Assembly: GCA_964252035.1 (NCBI GenBank)
Contig: OZ176203.1
Strand: one strand, 5' to 3'
DNA: 64,000 nucleotides
From: Podarcis erhardii
Lineage: Eukaryota
Positions 12,730 to 25,914 of this stretch are shown here, piece after piece (the stretch's first letter is position 1; each line of letters starts with the position of its first letter). The notes under the pieces were generated by a model. The model saw nothing but the letters and a program-made list of their open reading frames with translations, was not told the DNA's origin and made no database searches. The translations under genes were made by a program, and so were the position numbers.

Positions 12730-13774
12730 CTTCAAGCATTTTGCCTTGGGTAATAACAGAAATTAATCCCACAAAAGCAGACCAGAAGAGGGGCTCTGGA
12801 TACATTACAAATAAAACATTACACGGTTTTATGATACGGAGATCAGAGATGCTGGCAAACATGTATTCTAAATGGAAAGATGGGAAACTTCACACAACAG
12901 GCATTAAACAGAAGATAATTGTCTCCAAGCACAGTATACATGGGCCAGAAATACATAGCCAATCATGACTGCCTAGAACATGTTCTCTAAAGCTTGGAGA
13001 TGCATAGATCCCTTTCAAAGTTTGTGCATTTAACACAGAAAACAGCACTGTAGTTGCAGCAAAGATGGTTGCTGCTCAATTGGATTAAGGGTTTGGCTCC
13101 TTTATCCTAGCTGCATTATACTGATATTGATGAATTGTTGTGTTTGATTGAGGTTTAGCATTAGAACTTTTAGGTCTCACACTGCAACCTGGTAATTATT
13201 TTCCTGGTAATGGTTTTCCATATACAGTATATGCCTCTTAAGTTCAGAACATACTGTGTCTCTGTTTAACCTATAAACCTCACTTAAACAGTGTGTGTTT
13301 ACAGTTATTTATAAACACTGTATCATGTGAGCTGTCATAAAGCAGAAACGCGTTCCTGAGCTGGGCCTCTTGCTGAATCAGGTCACTGACTTAATATTGA
13401 GTGTCGCCATCTCAAAGAGTAGAATCTGAACTCATTTGACTAGTGTTGATCAGAATTCTTTCTCCAAATTCACATGCAACACCTTAAGAGAACAGCTAAA
13501 CGTTGTTAGCCAAGGGCTATCATTGCATGATGAAAGATCTGACTATATCCAAGACTAGTGATGCCCCTGGCATACCTGATCAAGATATGTAGTTCTAAAT
13601 TGTCAGGTTTGTGCACTTTGCTTCAGAGATTAACAAATCCAAATAAAGCTGTACATGGTGCAGGTCTCCTTGCTTTAATGATGATCTTTTCAAACCATAG
13701 TCTGAAAATCAAGCTGGAGGGCCCTGTTGTTAGCAATCACCTTGGGCAGCAGAGTTCGGGTATCATGAAAGGAC

Positions 13775-14082
13775 AGCAACTTGTGGTGTAGTGCTTAAGA
13801 GTGGTAATCTGGTGAACTGGGTTCGCTTCCCTGCTCCTCCACATGCAGCTGCTGGGTGACCTTGGGCTAGTCACACTTCTCTGAAGTCTCCCAGCCTCAC
13901 TCACCTCACAGAGTGTTTGCTGTGGCGGAGGAAGGGAAAGGAGAATGTTAGCCACTTTGAGACTCCTTTGGGTAGTGACAAAGCAGGATATCAAATCCAA
14001 GCTCCTCCTCCTCCTCCTCCTCCTCCTCCTCCTCCTCCTCCTCCTCCTCCTCCTCTTCTTCTTCTTCTTCTTCTTCTTCTTC
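13775..14082 (+). mobile_element. tRNA-derived CORE-type SINE (Squam3-like, name tentative) with (CCT)n(CTT)n tail
   Basis: A box GTGGTGTAGTG, B box GGGTTCGCTTCCC, CORE motif GGGTGACCTTGGGCTAGTCAC; homologous to 24984 and 28341. Confidence 0.9.
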
Positions 14083-14141
14083 ATGATCTAATTCATTACT
14101 GTTGTGTTTTTATTGCCAGAAACAGGTGCCTGTGGGGTTTA

Positions 14142-14327
14142 GGGAAGAAATGTAGCTCTGTGGCAGAGCATCTGTTTTGCATGCAGAAGATTTAGGCTCA
14201 GTCCCTGGCATCTCCAGGTAGGACTGAGCATGTCCTCTGTCTGAAACCTTGGTGAGCCACTGCCAGTCCGTGCAGATGGTACTGAGCAAAATGGTCTAAC
14301 TCATTGTAAGGCAGTATCCTGTGTTCC
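14142..14327 (+). mobile_element. tRNA(Ala)-like SINE with CR1-type tail
   Basis: Head GTAGCTCTGTGGCAGAGCATCTGTTTTGCATGCAGAAG; tail GTAAGGCAGTATCCTGTGTTCC. Confidence 0.75.
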
Positions 14328-17300
14328 GTCTCAGAAATAAAATAACTTGACCAGCCTTATACGTGTTGCATCATGGTCTGCGGACACTGCGGGTGGAATG
14401 CATTATTTGCTGCACCACCTCAGGGAACAAAGTGTCTGGTGCTCACCCTATTTAAAGAAAGGGGGAGAAGTGACAAGAAGGAACCACATAATGAACCAAT
14501 CTGGGACATTTGAGTGCTTAACCTCCACCAGTGAATATGGGTAAGTAGGGAAAAACATTTAATCACACATCGGGGGTGGGGGGGACTCCATCCTAGTAAG
14601 TCCATGGGTTTTCATAGCACAAATTGGTTAATATTGTTTGCATTTAGCAGTCAGGAGAGTATGCCAACTTGGAATGAGCTGTCTCAGGGTGTCTGAATAC
14701 AATAATCCCATTAGGTTTTTTTTAAAAATTCTGATGTTCCTGTTATTTTAAAAAACAACAAATCAAAGTGGCATCTTTTTACAAGAAACTCAATACGTTG
14801 AAGAAATGCAGCATCTCTGCTTCCAGACTCTCATCTGTATCTTGTGTGAAATGATCAATAGGGAACTTTAGCTTCAGGAAATTATTTCAAAAGGGGGAAG
14901 GGGAGAGACTGAATGCTTATATTTAACAGCTTGCTTATTACCACAAAACCCCAAATGATTTTATTTATTTGTAGAAGATCTAGAATATGCTAGAGTCCCT
15001 ATGACTAAGGGATTTTTCCTCCAGTGTAATTAAGACTTCCTTGCTCACTCGTAACCATAACCACAAGGTTAAACTGTCCCCTCTGTTCTTGAGAATTTCA
15101 TCTTTGAAAAATGCACTGAACTTCAGCTGCTGCCAAAATGCAGGGATGTGTCCTCCACAGGCATTTTCAGTCCAATGCAGAGCCACAGCCCAGGTATGTG
15201 ACTAAGCCTTAGTCATATAAACAGAAAGTGCTCATGTTATATTAGTAATTGTCTTCCCTTCTCAAGCTGGCACTATATAGTTTCCTTTTTTAACGAGCAC
15301 CCACAGTGTTTCATAGCTGTTACACAAACCCGCAGACTATGAGTGCTAAAGACTCAAAGTACAGAAGCTCTTGGGGCAGAAGCATGTGGTTCTGAAACCC
15401 ACAAGACCCCAGGAAGGCATTATTGGAGAGGGGATACAAATTTCAGGGGGCAGGGAAATGCTAATTGTCCTTACAGAAATGTATCCTCAAGAAATATATC
15501 CTCTCAGCCATCTGAGAGTTTTATCTTAATTTGCACCAAGCAGTAATGGGTAATAGCATTGTGTGAAATTTAGAAACAGGTGAAAAAATGTAGGGGGGGG
15601 ATTGTTTTGTGATTTCCATTTAACAATGGAAATGCCTACTGCTTTTTTAAAAAATGTCATTTCTCACTGTCACTCAGCTGTATCTTATGAAGAGGTTTGC
15701 TGCCTACAAAAATAAGCTCATACTAGAGTAAACCCACTTCTGCTACAGGCTTACTATTTTCATTCTTCCAGAATTTGCTTCCAACAGATTCCATATATGT
15801 TTGTGTGTGTGTGTGGCCAACAATTATATCTGATGGGCCATTTGGAAGAGGGAGTGGGAAGCTGGCTAAAACCTAATTCCATCACACACCTGCACATTTT
15901 TCACAGTACCCTAATGGAAAAATCCCACCCCCCCTCACCATCCCTGCATATTCCCCTCCTTATTCCATATAGTTTGGGATGCAGTAAGATAATGCGAAAG
16001 GCTGTTGCCCAGCAACAGTCCCACATTTCTGGAGTTCTACTTCTGTCCTTGCTTGCCAAAAATGGTAAAAGACGTGCAACATGTTAAGTGTGTTGGAAAT
16101 GGTTTGAACACACATTCACCTACCTACTCATTTTGGCACTTTCTTCCCTCCTCCACCCTCCTCCCTCACCCAGCCCATGGATATCTCTTAAGCACTTACA
16201 TTTTCCCAGCTGCCTCTTGAAACAAGAACTGAGATGTGGTGAACATCACTCCTCTTCTTGCCTATTTAAAGAATAATTTATATTAACCTGACTGGCACGA
16301 GATCCAGCCGCACAGAACTAGTTCCCATGCTTCTCAGGTCATGTTAGAGGGTTACTTGAATTCAACATTGATAGGGCATATGACACCTGTCAAAGGGTCA
16401 AATATACCCAGGAAGTTATCAGCTGTGACTCATTGTGCTTACATGTAATGTAGATGGATGCTTGCTGTAAAAGAAAACTAGTTGAGTATTTTGTATATGT
16501 GGAAACTGTTACATCTCAACCCTACCCTGAAGTGAGAAGCCCTGAATTTGAACAAACTCTACTACAAGGAGTGAAAAGTGAAAAAAGTATTTTGGGTGAA
16601 AAGTGAGTATAAAAGAAATGCCTGTTTCAGTTTGAAAGAAACCTAAAATGATAGGGTTCTCTTAGAAAGCAGAACCCAACATTTTTAGTTTACATTTCCT
16701 AGAAATTTGTAAGGAGAAACTTAGTAAAAGTCCTTATGAACTTGGAACATTCCAGTTCCGGCATTGAGAGAAGCTATTAACTAAGAGCATCACAGAAAAA
16801 GCTACTTCCAGTCTGATTTTCATATTAGCTAAGGCACATTTAACAGTAAGAAAGGGTCTCTTAATGCATTTCCTTTGCAGAATAGGCCAAAAGACTCTGG
16901 AATTAGACAGGGAGAAGTTATGTTCACTGCAGTGAGCTGCTTCTGTTAAAAGTATATTTTTTTGCCTCAAATGAAAAGAAAACAAACAAGTGTGTGTTTG
17001 GGTTTATGAAGCTGAGCTCATCACCAGAAAATACACTCCCTCCACCACATGATGGAGCAGAAGGAACATGTCTAGACATGAAGCCTGTGTAATACCTGGG
17101 GCAATAGGTGTCTTTGCCAGAATTAACCAAGGTACTGAAGGAAGATGGCCAAGAAAGAGGAAAGGAAAGGTTTGGAATCCTTGACACTGAATCAAAACTA
17201 AATATTTTTGTGGGGAACAGACTGCCTCAGCATTGCACACATGTGCTTATAGTTGCCAGAAGCAAAATATTTAAGACTCTTTACATCAGTTACCTTCAAT

Positions 17301-18377
17301 ATTCTTAAGATCTGTCTAGTTGTAATCTCTGTCTCTCTCTCCTTCTCTCTCTCTACATTCACCCATCTACACTTCTCTGAATAGACTGACAGACATAAAT
17401 CGAAGCCCAAGCAAAATGTCGCAGTCATATAATCTCCCCCCACCCCTGGCTAAGATGTGGAGAAATGAACAGTTTCCCAAGCCTCAACATGGTTGGTGCC
17501 AGCACATGACAGGATCAGGCAGGTGCTTAGGGACCAGAATCGCCTCTTCTAACAGTGAACTCAAATGGTGAGTGCTGAAACAAAACAAAAAGAAAGAACA
17601 CTTTTTTAAAAAATGAAAGAGGCAAAAAAAGTGGAGAATGGGGTGAAAACAGCCCACCAATGCTTATGTAGCCACCATGATGGTTAATTTATTTCTTGAA
17701 ATTTATACACCACTTGATTGTAAAAAGAAAACCCTCAAAGCAGTTTTAAAAAAGATAAAAGAATAAGACTGAGAAAAAAATCGCAACCATACTTTAAAAA
17801 CATACAAAAGTTAAATCTGCTCATAGGATAATGGCCGTCTGGATTCACACAATGGTCATAGATTTTTGTATCCCTGTTTTCTATTGCATACGAAATTTAT
17901 TTCCCTGGCAAATAAGTTAGAGCTGGGGTATAGCTTTCCTGAATCCTAAGAGAGCACAGACTGAAAGATGAGAGTGGTCATTTTGGAGGAAACCTTGAAC
18001 AGATTCCCTCCCTCCATCATTTTCTATTATGGCTGCTAAGTAGTCAGAGAATACCTGGCCTAACTTACTCTAGAGCTTTTAAAAGCTGGTTGATATGCAG
18101 AACTCCATGGGTGAAGCAAGAATTGCTGCAAGACAAGGGGCTGTTAAAGGCACAGATGGAAGGCCCAATTCAACATTTGTCAACCTTTTTTTCATGTAAA
18201 TTTATTTGAGGCCTTAAAGTAATTTTTCTTTTCTTTTTTGCCTTGAAGTAATTTTAAGATAAATTTGTCAGCTTGCATTTTCATCCTAATCAAAAAAGAA
18301 AATCTAATTCAGTAATTATTAGTAGCAGATTCTGACAAATAAATTAAAGCTGCACTGATCCCTATGTTTCGTTAATA

Positions 18378-18619
18378 CAGTGGTACCTCGGGTTAAGAAC
18401 TTAATTCGTTCTGGAGGTCCGTTCTTAATCTGAAACTGTTCTTAACCTGAGGTACCACTTTAGCTATTGGGGCCTCCTGCCGCCACTGCACCGCCACTGT
18501 ATGATTTCTGTTCTCATCCTGAAGCAAACCTCTTAACCCGAGGTATTATTTCTGGGTTAGTGGAGTGTGTAATCTGAAGCATCTTTAACCTGAAGCGTCT
18601 GTAACCCGAGGTACCACTG
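18378..18619. mobile_element. Tigger-like MITE
   Basis: TA|CAGTGGTACCTCGGGTT...AACCCGAGGTACCACTG|TA; 17-bp TIRs. Confidence 0.95.
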
Positions 18620-18749
18620 TAGTCATTTTATGAACAAGACCTGCGTTGAAAAAAAAAATCTGGTTCATTTTAGCATGTATTTGCTATGGGCTCTTGGGTA
18701 AAGGGTAGAAATCAATATATTGTTGTGTGCTACCTCAGTCTCCCAGCAG

Positions 18750-19100
18750 TGTAAGGTTCTAGGGATTTCAGGCCCTTACTCAGGGTTCGGTTTTCTTGGA
18801 ATGAGGGACAGCAGAGACTGTGGCGTCTTTAGGATACTGTATATGGTTTATTTACATGTACAACCTGAGCCTGCAGTGGAGGTGCTCACAGCATTAACAC
18901 CCCAATAAGTTCTTGCTTCTCTCATGTCCACAGCCTTGGATTCCAGTAGAAATCAAGGATGGCTCTCTCTCTCAACTGCCCAGCCATCTGCCTGCTTCTA
19001 TCTCATACACACAACTCTGACCTTTGTGTTTTGTCCTTCACACTAACAGCCCAGTGAGGAGAGGGACCTACCCATTTGTTTTTTGCCACATTACCACTTC
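18750..19100 (-). mobile_element. Possible solo-LTR remnant
   Basis: Starts TGTAAGG, has a reverse-strand AATAAA (GTTTATTT) and LTR-like composition; no TSD found and right end uncertain. Confidence 0.25.
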
Positions 19101-20931
19101 CTTTGTTACCTTAATGACCATTAAGGGCCATTACCAAGAAACTTGCCTGGCTATACAAGCAACTGAATCCTTGTTGAATCCAGGAATTAGAAGAGACTCA
19201 GGCATACAGCCTACCCTCCCAAACTCTAGTGTTTAGCAAGCCCTATGAGCTAGCAGGCCAATAAGGAAAACAAATCCAGCTTCTTCTCCTATTTTAAAAG
19301 GAGAAGAGACTAGCAGTATGTCTGTTGCTAAACCTTGTTTCCATAGTGATTGCTAATAGATCCAAATTGTGTAACATGTTGCATTGTGTGAACTGTGTTG
19401 ATGTTCGGTGTTCATGGTCACAAGCATTCTGATTTTGCTAAAAATGGGCATCTGAATCTGGTCCCAAGTTTGCCTTTCTGAAGCTGATACAGAATGAACC
19501 GGTTAAAGGTTAAAGATGAGTAGAATCTGCAGTGCATCACAGAAATATGCTACCACATCGCCTAAAAGGGATAATGTGAACAACCCTGAGAAAGTGTTAA
19601 GACTGTGCCATTGTTTTTTCTTCTTATTTCTTGCTTGTTTTTAGCTCTCTGATAAAGTCTGATTCAGACAGTATAACCTGTCAGTTTAGGAAGCAACACT
19701 TGTTTCACAACAATACACAGGTCAATGCATTTGTGAAGCATTGCCAGATCTTATGCATGCAACAGAAACACCCAATTATTTTTCTGTTTTTCTGCGGTGA
19801 ATGAGATCAGTAGTAGTCTGGTTGTGAGCTAACAAACTGAGACTTTACATGCCAAACTGCAGTCTTGTAACATCTACTCAGAAGTGGGGCGAGCTGAGCT
19901 CAATGGGGCTTACCCCAGGATGGTGGGTATATTAGATAGTATCCTTAGGCTGTTCCTATGGTAGCTGTTTAGCCCAGAATTACCATTCTTTGTTTGTTCA
20001 CTTCTTATGGAACAGCCATATGACAGGTGCTTGCAAATGTGTGTTTATTGTGGGATTGGTGTTCTCTATGCATGCAAGTCCCCCTCCCCAACCTACATAA
20101 TTGGCATAAAAATGTGAACCCACATTCCCCACCTCAGTTTAATCTGGATTTACCCTTTCTAGGGAAAACTGAATAAGTTAAAAAACAACAACAACACAAC
20201 CCACTGTCTGTGACCCATTTGCCATATCTCAAAGATCCATTTCCATATTAAACCCCCATCTAGAGATTTATAGGCACCCCACATCAGCAAACTGGTTTGT
20301 TTGGTTCTCCCAACTTTTCCTGTGTTCTTTATTCCCTTTGGGGAGCTAATTTGATCTGACTCTTCTTTTGCTTTACACAGTAGAAGAGCAGTACAATCCC
20401 ATCAAGGTGTACCTGGAAGCTGACAGCAGCCAATGAAGCTTATTCTGAATCTTGTGTCTAATAAAAAGGTTCAATCTCCCATACGTGTGTTCTTCAGTTT
20501 GTATTTATGAGTACAGCTAAAGGATGATGATATTTCAACACCTATGATTCACAATGATGGCTGATAAAAATTAAAGGAGGAGTCTTTTTCATGAGACTGT
20601 TAGCTGCCTTAAATACAAATGAACTGCAGTTCAGCACAGGTCTTGGTGCAATACTTTGATTTCAGGTGACAGTGAGATGCCATATTGTTTCTAGAGTAGT
20701 CTAATCATGCTGTAGGTGAGCTTACAGTTTACTACAAACTTTGTTTTACCATCGTTTGTCCTTAAAGGAAACCATCTAATTCAGCTTTCCAAGGTACGTA
20801 GAAGAACTGACTGAAATAGCCTCAGAGCCACCACAACTATAGGACTAAGAGTGCTGCTGTGCCCCTTTGCCTTTTCTTTTTAAAGAATTCCTTCTTATTA
20901 GTTGGGTTCCAGGCAGTGACTGTGGTTTGGG

Positions 20932-21096
20932 TAGTGCTGCCATACATCCTGATTTTCCAGGACATGTCCTGGAACTTGCCTCCCTGGATTATTTTTTGGA
21001 AATTGGACAAATGTCCTGGAAAACTCTCAACAACTGTGGGGTCTCAAGAACTTTCAGGGTGTCCTGGTTTTTATTTTTTGAAATATGGCAACCCTA
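20932..21096. mobile_element. hAT MITE (TAGGGTTGCCA type)
   Basis: TIRs TAGTGCTGCCATA / TATGGCAACCCTA; 8-bp flanks GGTTTGGG and GGTTTGGA (7/8). Confidence 0.85.
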
Positions 21097-22250
21097 GGTT
21101 TGGATACTGCTCAGAAGCTGTTTTGTAGTATTGTGAACAGAAAATAAAAGCACTAAACTTTAAATTACAAAAGGATACAGATCCTCATTGAGGGAAACCT
21201 GAAAAATAATGTCCAAACTGTGCTTTGCAATTGCATCTTTCTATCCTGCTTCTACTGGTGAGACTTTATTGCTGAACCAGTTCAGATGTTTTAAATCTAT
21301 CTTGACGGTGATGGTTGCCAAGGACAATACAGTTTTTATTTGCATTTTCCTGCCTTTTTATATTTAAATTGCTTGTACTGTATGTCTTACCTTTGTACTT
21401 ACAGAGTCTCTAGTAGCATATTGATGATAAAAATTAGAATAATTTGACAGAGTGTTTGTGAGCAATGAAGGTGATGAGGTGAAGTTAGAATGGTTCGTAG
21501 GGTCTAGGAGAATAAAGAGTTCCAGACCATAATAGCGACAGAGCAATTTCACATCAGTGATTCAGTAAAAACTTGTTTACATTTATGCTTCCTTCCAGAA
21601 GGATTAAAAGACAAAATCTTCAGAGAAGGGTATTTCATGATTTATGTGTATTTAAATCTCTAGCATGAAACGCATAGAATATCTCTGTGTATTGGAGAAG
21701 TGGGAGTCCATAGCTACAGCAGTGAAAGAGTTAAAAAATTCTGCACACTTACACACACAAAAAGCTACTTGAAATTCCCATATGATGTAAATGATTATTT
21801 CCCATATGGTTAGATATTTATCCCAAATACCTGATGTTCAGTAAATGGCATGGCAATTAACAAAGGAAAACGTGTCGCAAATAGCAAAATATGTCCATGC
21901 ATTTCTGCTGTTGCAAATTACTATGGAACACTTTGTATAATTTTCTTTTTTGCACTGCTGTCCTCTAATAAATATAATATTTCTGTAGAAAAATAACAGA
22001 TGCTGGTCTCTCTCCTTAAAACGATCTCTCATTTTTATAAATAATATACAGTAAGAAACTTACAACTCACCTATGTGCCTTCATTAAAAAAAAATGTATT
22101 TGAACCTTCATTCTGTTTCTAGAGACAATCCGGTTCCATAAGGGATAAGAAACCTGAAACATTTTTTTCATCATCTATTTTGTACACTGCAACTGCTTTG
22201 GTAATTCAGTGACACAATAGTAATAAGCAAAAGGAATATATGCGCTGAGA

Positions 22251-22487
22251 AGTAGTGTGGTGCAGTGGCTAGAGGTTGTCAGACTAGGCTTACATACACA
22301 CATTTGCCTGGGAGTTAGTCCTACTGAACTCTGTTGGGCTTCTGATTAGACATATATAAGATTGCAGTCATGTTCAAATTCCACCCTTGCTTGGACTAAT
22401 CACTATCCCTCAGCCTAATCTACCTCAAAAGGGTGTTGTAAAAATAAAACGGTGAACTGTGTGCATTAGCTTGAGCTTCCAGGAGGA
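22251..22487 (+). mobile_element. Old MIR/CORE-like SINE interrupted by a palindromic element at 22287-22368
   Basis: A box GTGTGGTGCAGTGGCTAGAG, B box GTTCAAATTCC after the insert, tail CTCAGCCTAATCTACCTCAAAAGGGTGTTGT. Confidence 0.6.
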
Positions 22488-22489
22488 AT

Positions 22490-22704
22490 AACAACAACAA
22501 CAACAACAATTTTATTATTTATACCTACCCCACCTGACTGGGTTTCTCCAGTCACTCTGGGCAGCTTCCAGCACATATAAAAACATAATAAAACACCAAA
22601 TATTTAAAAATTCCCAATACGTCTGCCTTCAGATGTCTTCTAAAAGTTGTGTAGTTCTTTATCTCCTTGACATCCACAGGAAGGATGCCACTGCTGCGAA
22701 GGCC
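22490..22704 (-). mobile_element. L2 LINE 3' end with (TTG)n tail
   Basis: (ACA)n-TTTTATTATTTATACC...CACTCTGGGCAGCTT...CTGCCTTCAGATGTCTTCTAAAAG...GAAGGCC. Confidence 0.75.
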
Positions 22705-22773
22705 GCCTATAGGGTTAGTTGTAAATGAAATAACTAAATGGTCACCAATGCCACTATTTTTAGCTCAGAAAAT

Positions 22774-22774
<1 letters not shown>

Positions 22775-22817
<43 letters not shown>

Positions 22818-22821
22818 TCTC
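22775..22821. repeat. (CT)n microsatellite
   Basis: Seen directly. Confidence 0.97.
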
Positions 22822-23038
22822 GGAGCTGACCAATGAGGCATTTATCCAATATACACACTTACTTTCCACCTCAAGAGGGCTTTAGGTAATTGTTGTTTGT
22901 CATTTAGCTCTGCGCCTGGTACTAATTTTCAGCTTGTCATCCTTTGACTCACAGGAGCTCTTTCCTCTCTGAAAAGGATGTATCTCCCAGCTGACCATGG
23001 AAAAAATGTAACATGCAATTCATTCTTTTTCCTGATAG

Positions 23039-23157
23039 CTACCAAAGATGAGAAGCAAGTTAGAACAACTTGATGAGGAAGTCCTGTCATTTCCAAAAGG
23101 AAGTGTGATTCACTATGCAGGACATTTTTGGGAGCCTGAATCAGAGCTGTCGAGGAA
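23039..23157 (+). other. Candidate exon (LPKMRSKLEQLDEEVLSFPKGSVIHYAGHFWEPESELSR)
   Basis: Acceptor TTCTTTTTCCTGATAG, donor AA|GTGAGT, one open frame, ATG at 23048 with A at -3; product not recognised. Confidence 0.25.
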
Positions 23158-23525
23158 GTGAGTTCTTGGACAGTTTAGCCTGAAACATCACATGGCTTAG
23201 GGTTAACTGTGACTTCTCCAGCAAGCATTCATGACTTCCTTCTGTAACCAGCAGATCAGATTACAAGGCAGGGTGAAGAATTGGAGAATGGGACAGAAAT
23301 GCTTCAGACTAAGCAGTCCTAACATTAACTGTTGAAAAACAGTTTATCACTCATTTTTGCTATACAAATAGACCAGGGAAAAACATGTTCCATAAGTCTG
23401 AAACATAAAGTCAGGAGGTGAATTAGAAAGGCTATTACTTTAAAATGATGTGATCCTGAAATAAATGCTAAGTAAATTGCTAAATAGCTCTACAGCAACA
23501 GACTCCAAAAGGCAATATACCAGAC

Positions 23526-23582
23526 CAGGGGTGGTCAACCTTTTTATACCTACCGCCCACTAATGCATCTTTTTTGATGGTT
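23526..23582 (+). mobile_element. Truncated hAT/Charlie MITE end
   Basis: CAGGGGTGGTCAACCTTTTTATACCTACCGCCCAC; partner TIR absent. Confidence 0.55.
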
Positions 23583-23606
23583 GATCATGCTTTCTTTTTG
23601 TATATA

Positions 23607-23821
23607 CAGTGGTACCTCGGGTTAAGTACTTAATTCGTTCCAGAGGTCCATTCTTAACCTAAAACTGTTCTTAACCTGAAGCACCACTTTAGCTAATGGG
23701 GCCTCCTGCTGCCGCCGCACGATTCCTGTTCTCATCCTGAAGCAAAGTTCTTAACCCGAGGTACTATTTCTGGGTTAGCGGAGTCTGTAACCTGAAGCAT
23801 CTGTAACCCAAGGTACCACTG
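23607..23821. mobile_element. Tigger-like MITE
   Basis: TA|CAGTGGTACCTCGGG...CCCAAGGTACCACTG|TA. Confidence 0.95.
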
Positions 23822-24772
23822 TATTTTTTTCAAGGATAAACTATCAAGTCTTCTATACAGAGAGGGCACAAATAAGCAGGATATTGTCCTTTCAAATAGG
23901 CTAGCATGGAAGAACTTACTGGTATGCTATGTCCAGAAAAAACTGTGAATGCCCAAGTATGAACTATATTCTCTGAGTTAAGGGTGTCTACTAAGCTTTT
24001 TTTTTAGATGTTGATTGGTATATAGCCACTGAGCTACAAACCTTGCATTTGATGAACGTGAACTTTCATGTTACATCGATTTACCTGACATTCAATAGTA
24101 AATATCCCAAGCTGTAATATGTCAACAACTAGAGTTCTGATACCCACAAAAATAACTAAGGTCTTAAATGCTGGTAATAAGATTAATTTCTTTCAGGTTT
24201 TTTTTTTTCTGGGTTTGATGCAGCATTTAACTTCAAGGTAGTCTGGGGGACAGGGGGATGATCATGACAAAATCTTTCTCAGACAATCTTTTTCTACGGT
24301 AAGTCCACCCATGATGCTGTCTTGCCAAAAGATTGCATCTTAAAACCAACTTACTTAAATTCCTCTTAATATTTATACACCACCTTTTCCCATAAGAAAC
24401 TGCATATAAGCTATGCTGCCCACCTGCCCCAGATACCCCTGGTACTGAATTTAGACTCGTGTGACTACTAAGGGGAAAGCAAAGTCATTTTCATTTATTT
24501 ATTGTTTGAATAGCTCCAGCTCTCAGAGTTTAGCTGATGTGCTATCTAGCCCTGTAGAAGCTCAATTAACACTACATTATTAGTTTGCATATTTTACAGA
24601 GGATGGGCTAAATAAGGGTAGTTAAGTTGCTGCCAAGGAAACTAAGGAACATTTCAGACAAGATCTTCTCTCTCATTCATTGCTGCAGCCCAAGGGAGTT
24701 GCAGATAAAAAGGGGAACGAGGCAAGTTGAGCTCAGGTTCAGATGCTTCAGACATGGCTGCTTATTTATTAG

Positions 24773-25420
24773 TAGGGACAAGGAGCTATTCAATTCAATT
24801 TGTATTTAAATCTAAGAAATTGTCCCCTTCTGAAACAATATATGAACAGAAATACAGCTATCATTTGGAATTCGCATCAACCCAAATATTGTGATGCAGT
24901 TCTGCAACCAATATTTTCAAAAATGCAAGTTGGGCATGCAAATAAATATATTAGTGAAAACAGCATACAAACATGCACTATATGAGAGCCAGCGTGGTGT
25001 AGTGGTTAAGAGCGGTAGTCTTGTAATCTGGTGAACCGGGTTCGCGTCTCCGCTCCTCCACATGCAGCTGCTGGGTGACCTTGGGCCAGTCACACTTCTT
25101 TGAAGTCTCTCAGCCTCACTCACCTCACAGAGTGTTTGTTGTGGGGGAGGAAGGGAAAGGAGAATGTTAGCCGCTTTGAGACTCCTTACGGTAGTGATAA
25201 AACGGGATATCAAATCCAAACTCTTCTTCTTCTTCTTCTTCTTCTTCTTCTTCTTCTATATTAGTGGAAATTGCTTGCATAAATGTGTACATTAGTAAGA
25301 AAAATGCATACAAAAATGCATTCACACTAAAATGCTGGTGATTTTTCATGATTTTTTTTGAATTGCAAATTGCTGTAGAAATGTGAAGAACTGAATTTAA
25401 GATTGGAAAAATTAAACTGG
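24773..25420. mobile_element. Old AT-rich non-autonomous DNA element interrupted by a SINE
   Basis: Starts TAGGGA, has repeated AAAAATGCA motifs and ends near GAACTGAATTTAAGATTGGAAAAA; the pattern continues on both sides of the SINE. Confidence 0.5.
24984..25256 (+). mobile_element. CORE-type tRNA SINE (Squam3-like), young full-length copy
   Basis: GAGAGCCAGCGTGGTGTAGTGG head, CpGs retained, (CTT)n tail, possible short TSD CTATAT. Confidence 0.93.
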
Positions 25421-25914
25421 CAAGGCTAAAAGAAAAAGCTTTCTACAACTACACCCAGATTATGCCACTTTCCATTGGTTATAGAAAAACATTCTTGTTC
25501 TGGCAAGCTTTAGTTGTGTCAGGCAGAAAGATTTTACATGGTGAGCCCAGTATAGGACTATCTTTTAAAAATATTGTTCAGGTTTTATATTGTCATTTTA
25601 TTAGGGGTTGCAGTATTTTGATTGTTTATAAACCATGCTGATTAATATAAATGCACTAGAAGGATGGCATATAAAACTTTGAATAAATAAATATCTCCGT
25701 GGATATGGGAGTTCAAGCATTAAAAATCTGCTTTCAGCTCTGGTTCACATTCATTGCTATTATATTTTTTAAACACCAACTTAAAAAAAAAATGGGTTCT
25801 GTAGCTGGTTCAGCAACTTTGGTCAGTTTCAGATATTGTCAATTAATATTAATGTCATAAAATGTTACTAATGCAACGTAAGTCCTTTAAAATGAAGAGA
25901 ACGATGATTATTTA

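Noticed and set aside
12405-12968. Four overlapping ORFs suggesting a gene
   Set aside because: They centre on a hAT MITE (12560-12729) and show no recognisable domain.
13737-14195. Poly-K/R and poly-P/L ORFs
   Set aside because: Translations of the SINE (CCT)n(CTT)n tail.
20381-20465. Acceptor plus EEQYNPIKVYLEADSSQ-stop plus AATAAA as a terminal exon
   Set aside because: Too short to evaluate. The CTGA..GAAGCTTA..AATAAAAAGG stretch resembles a decayed Penelope-type terminus.
23111-23125. IHYAG resembling the myosin motor motif
   Set aside because: The following residues (HFW) do not fit the myosin HYAGxVxY pattern and no other myosin exon is present.
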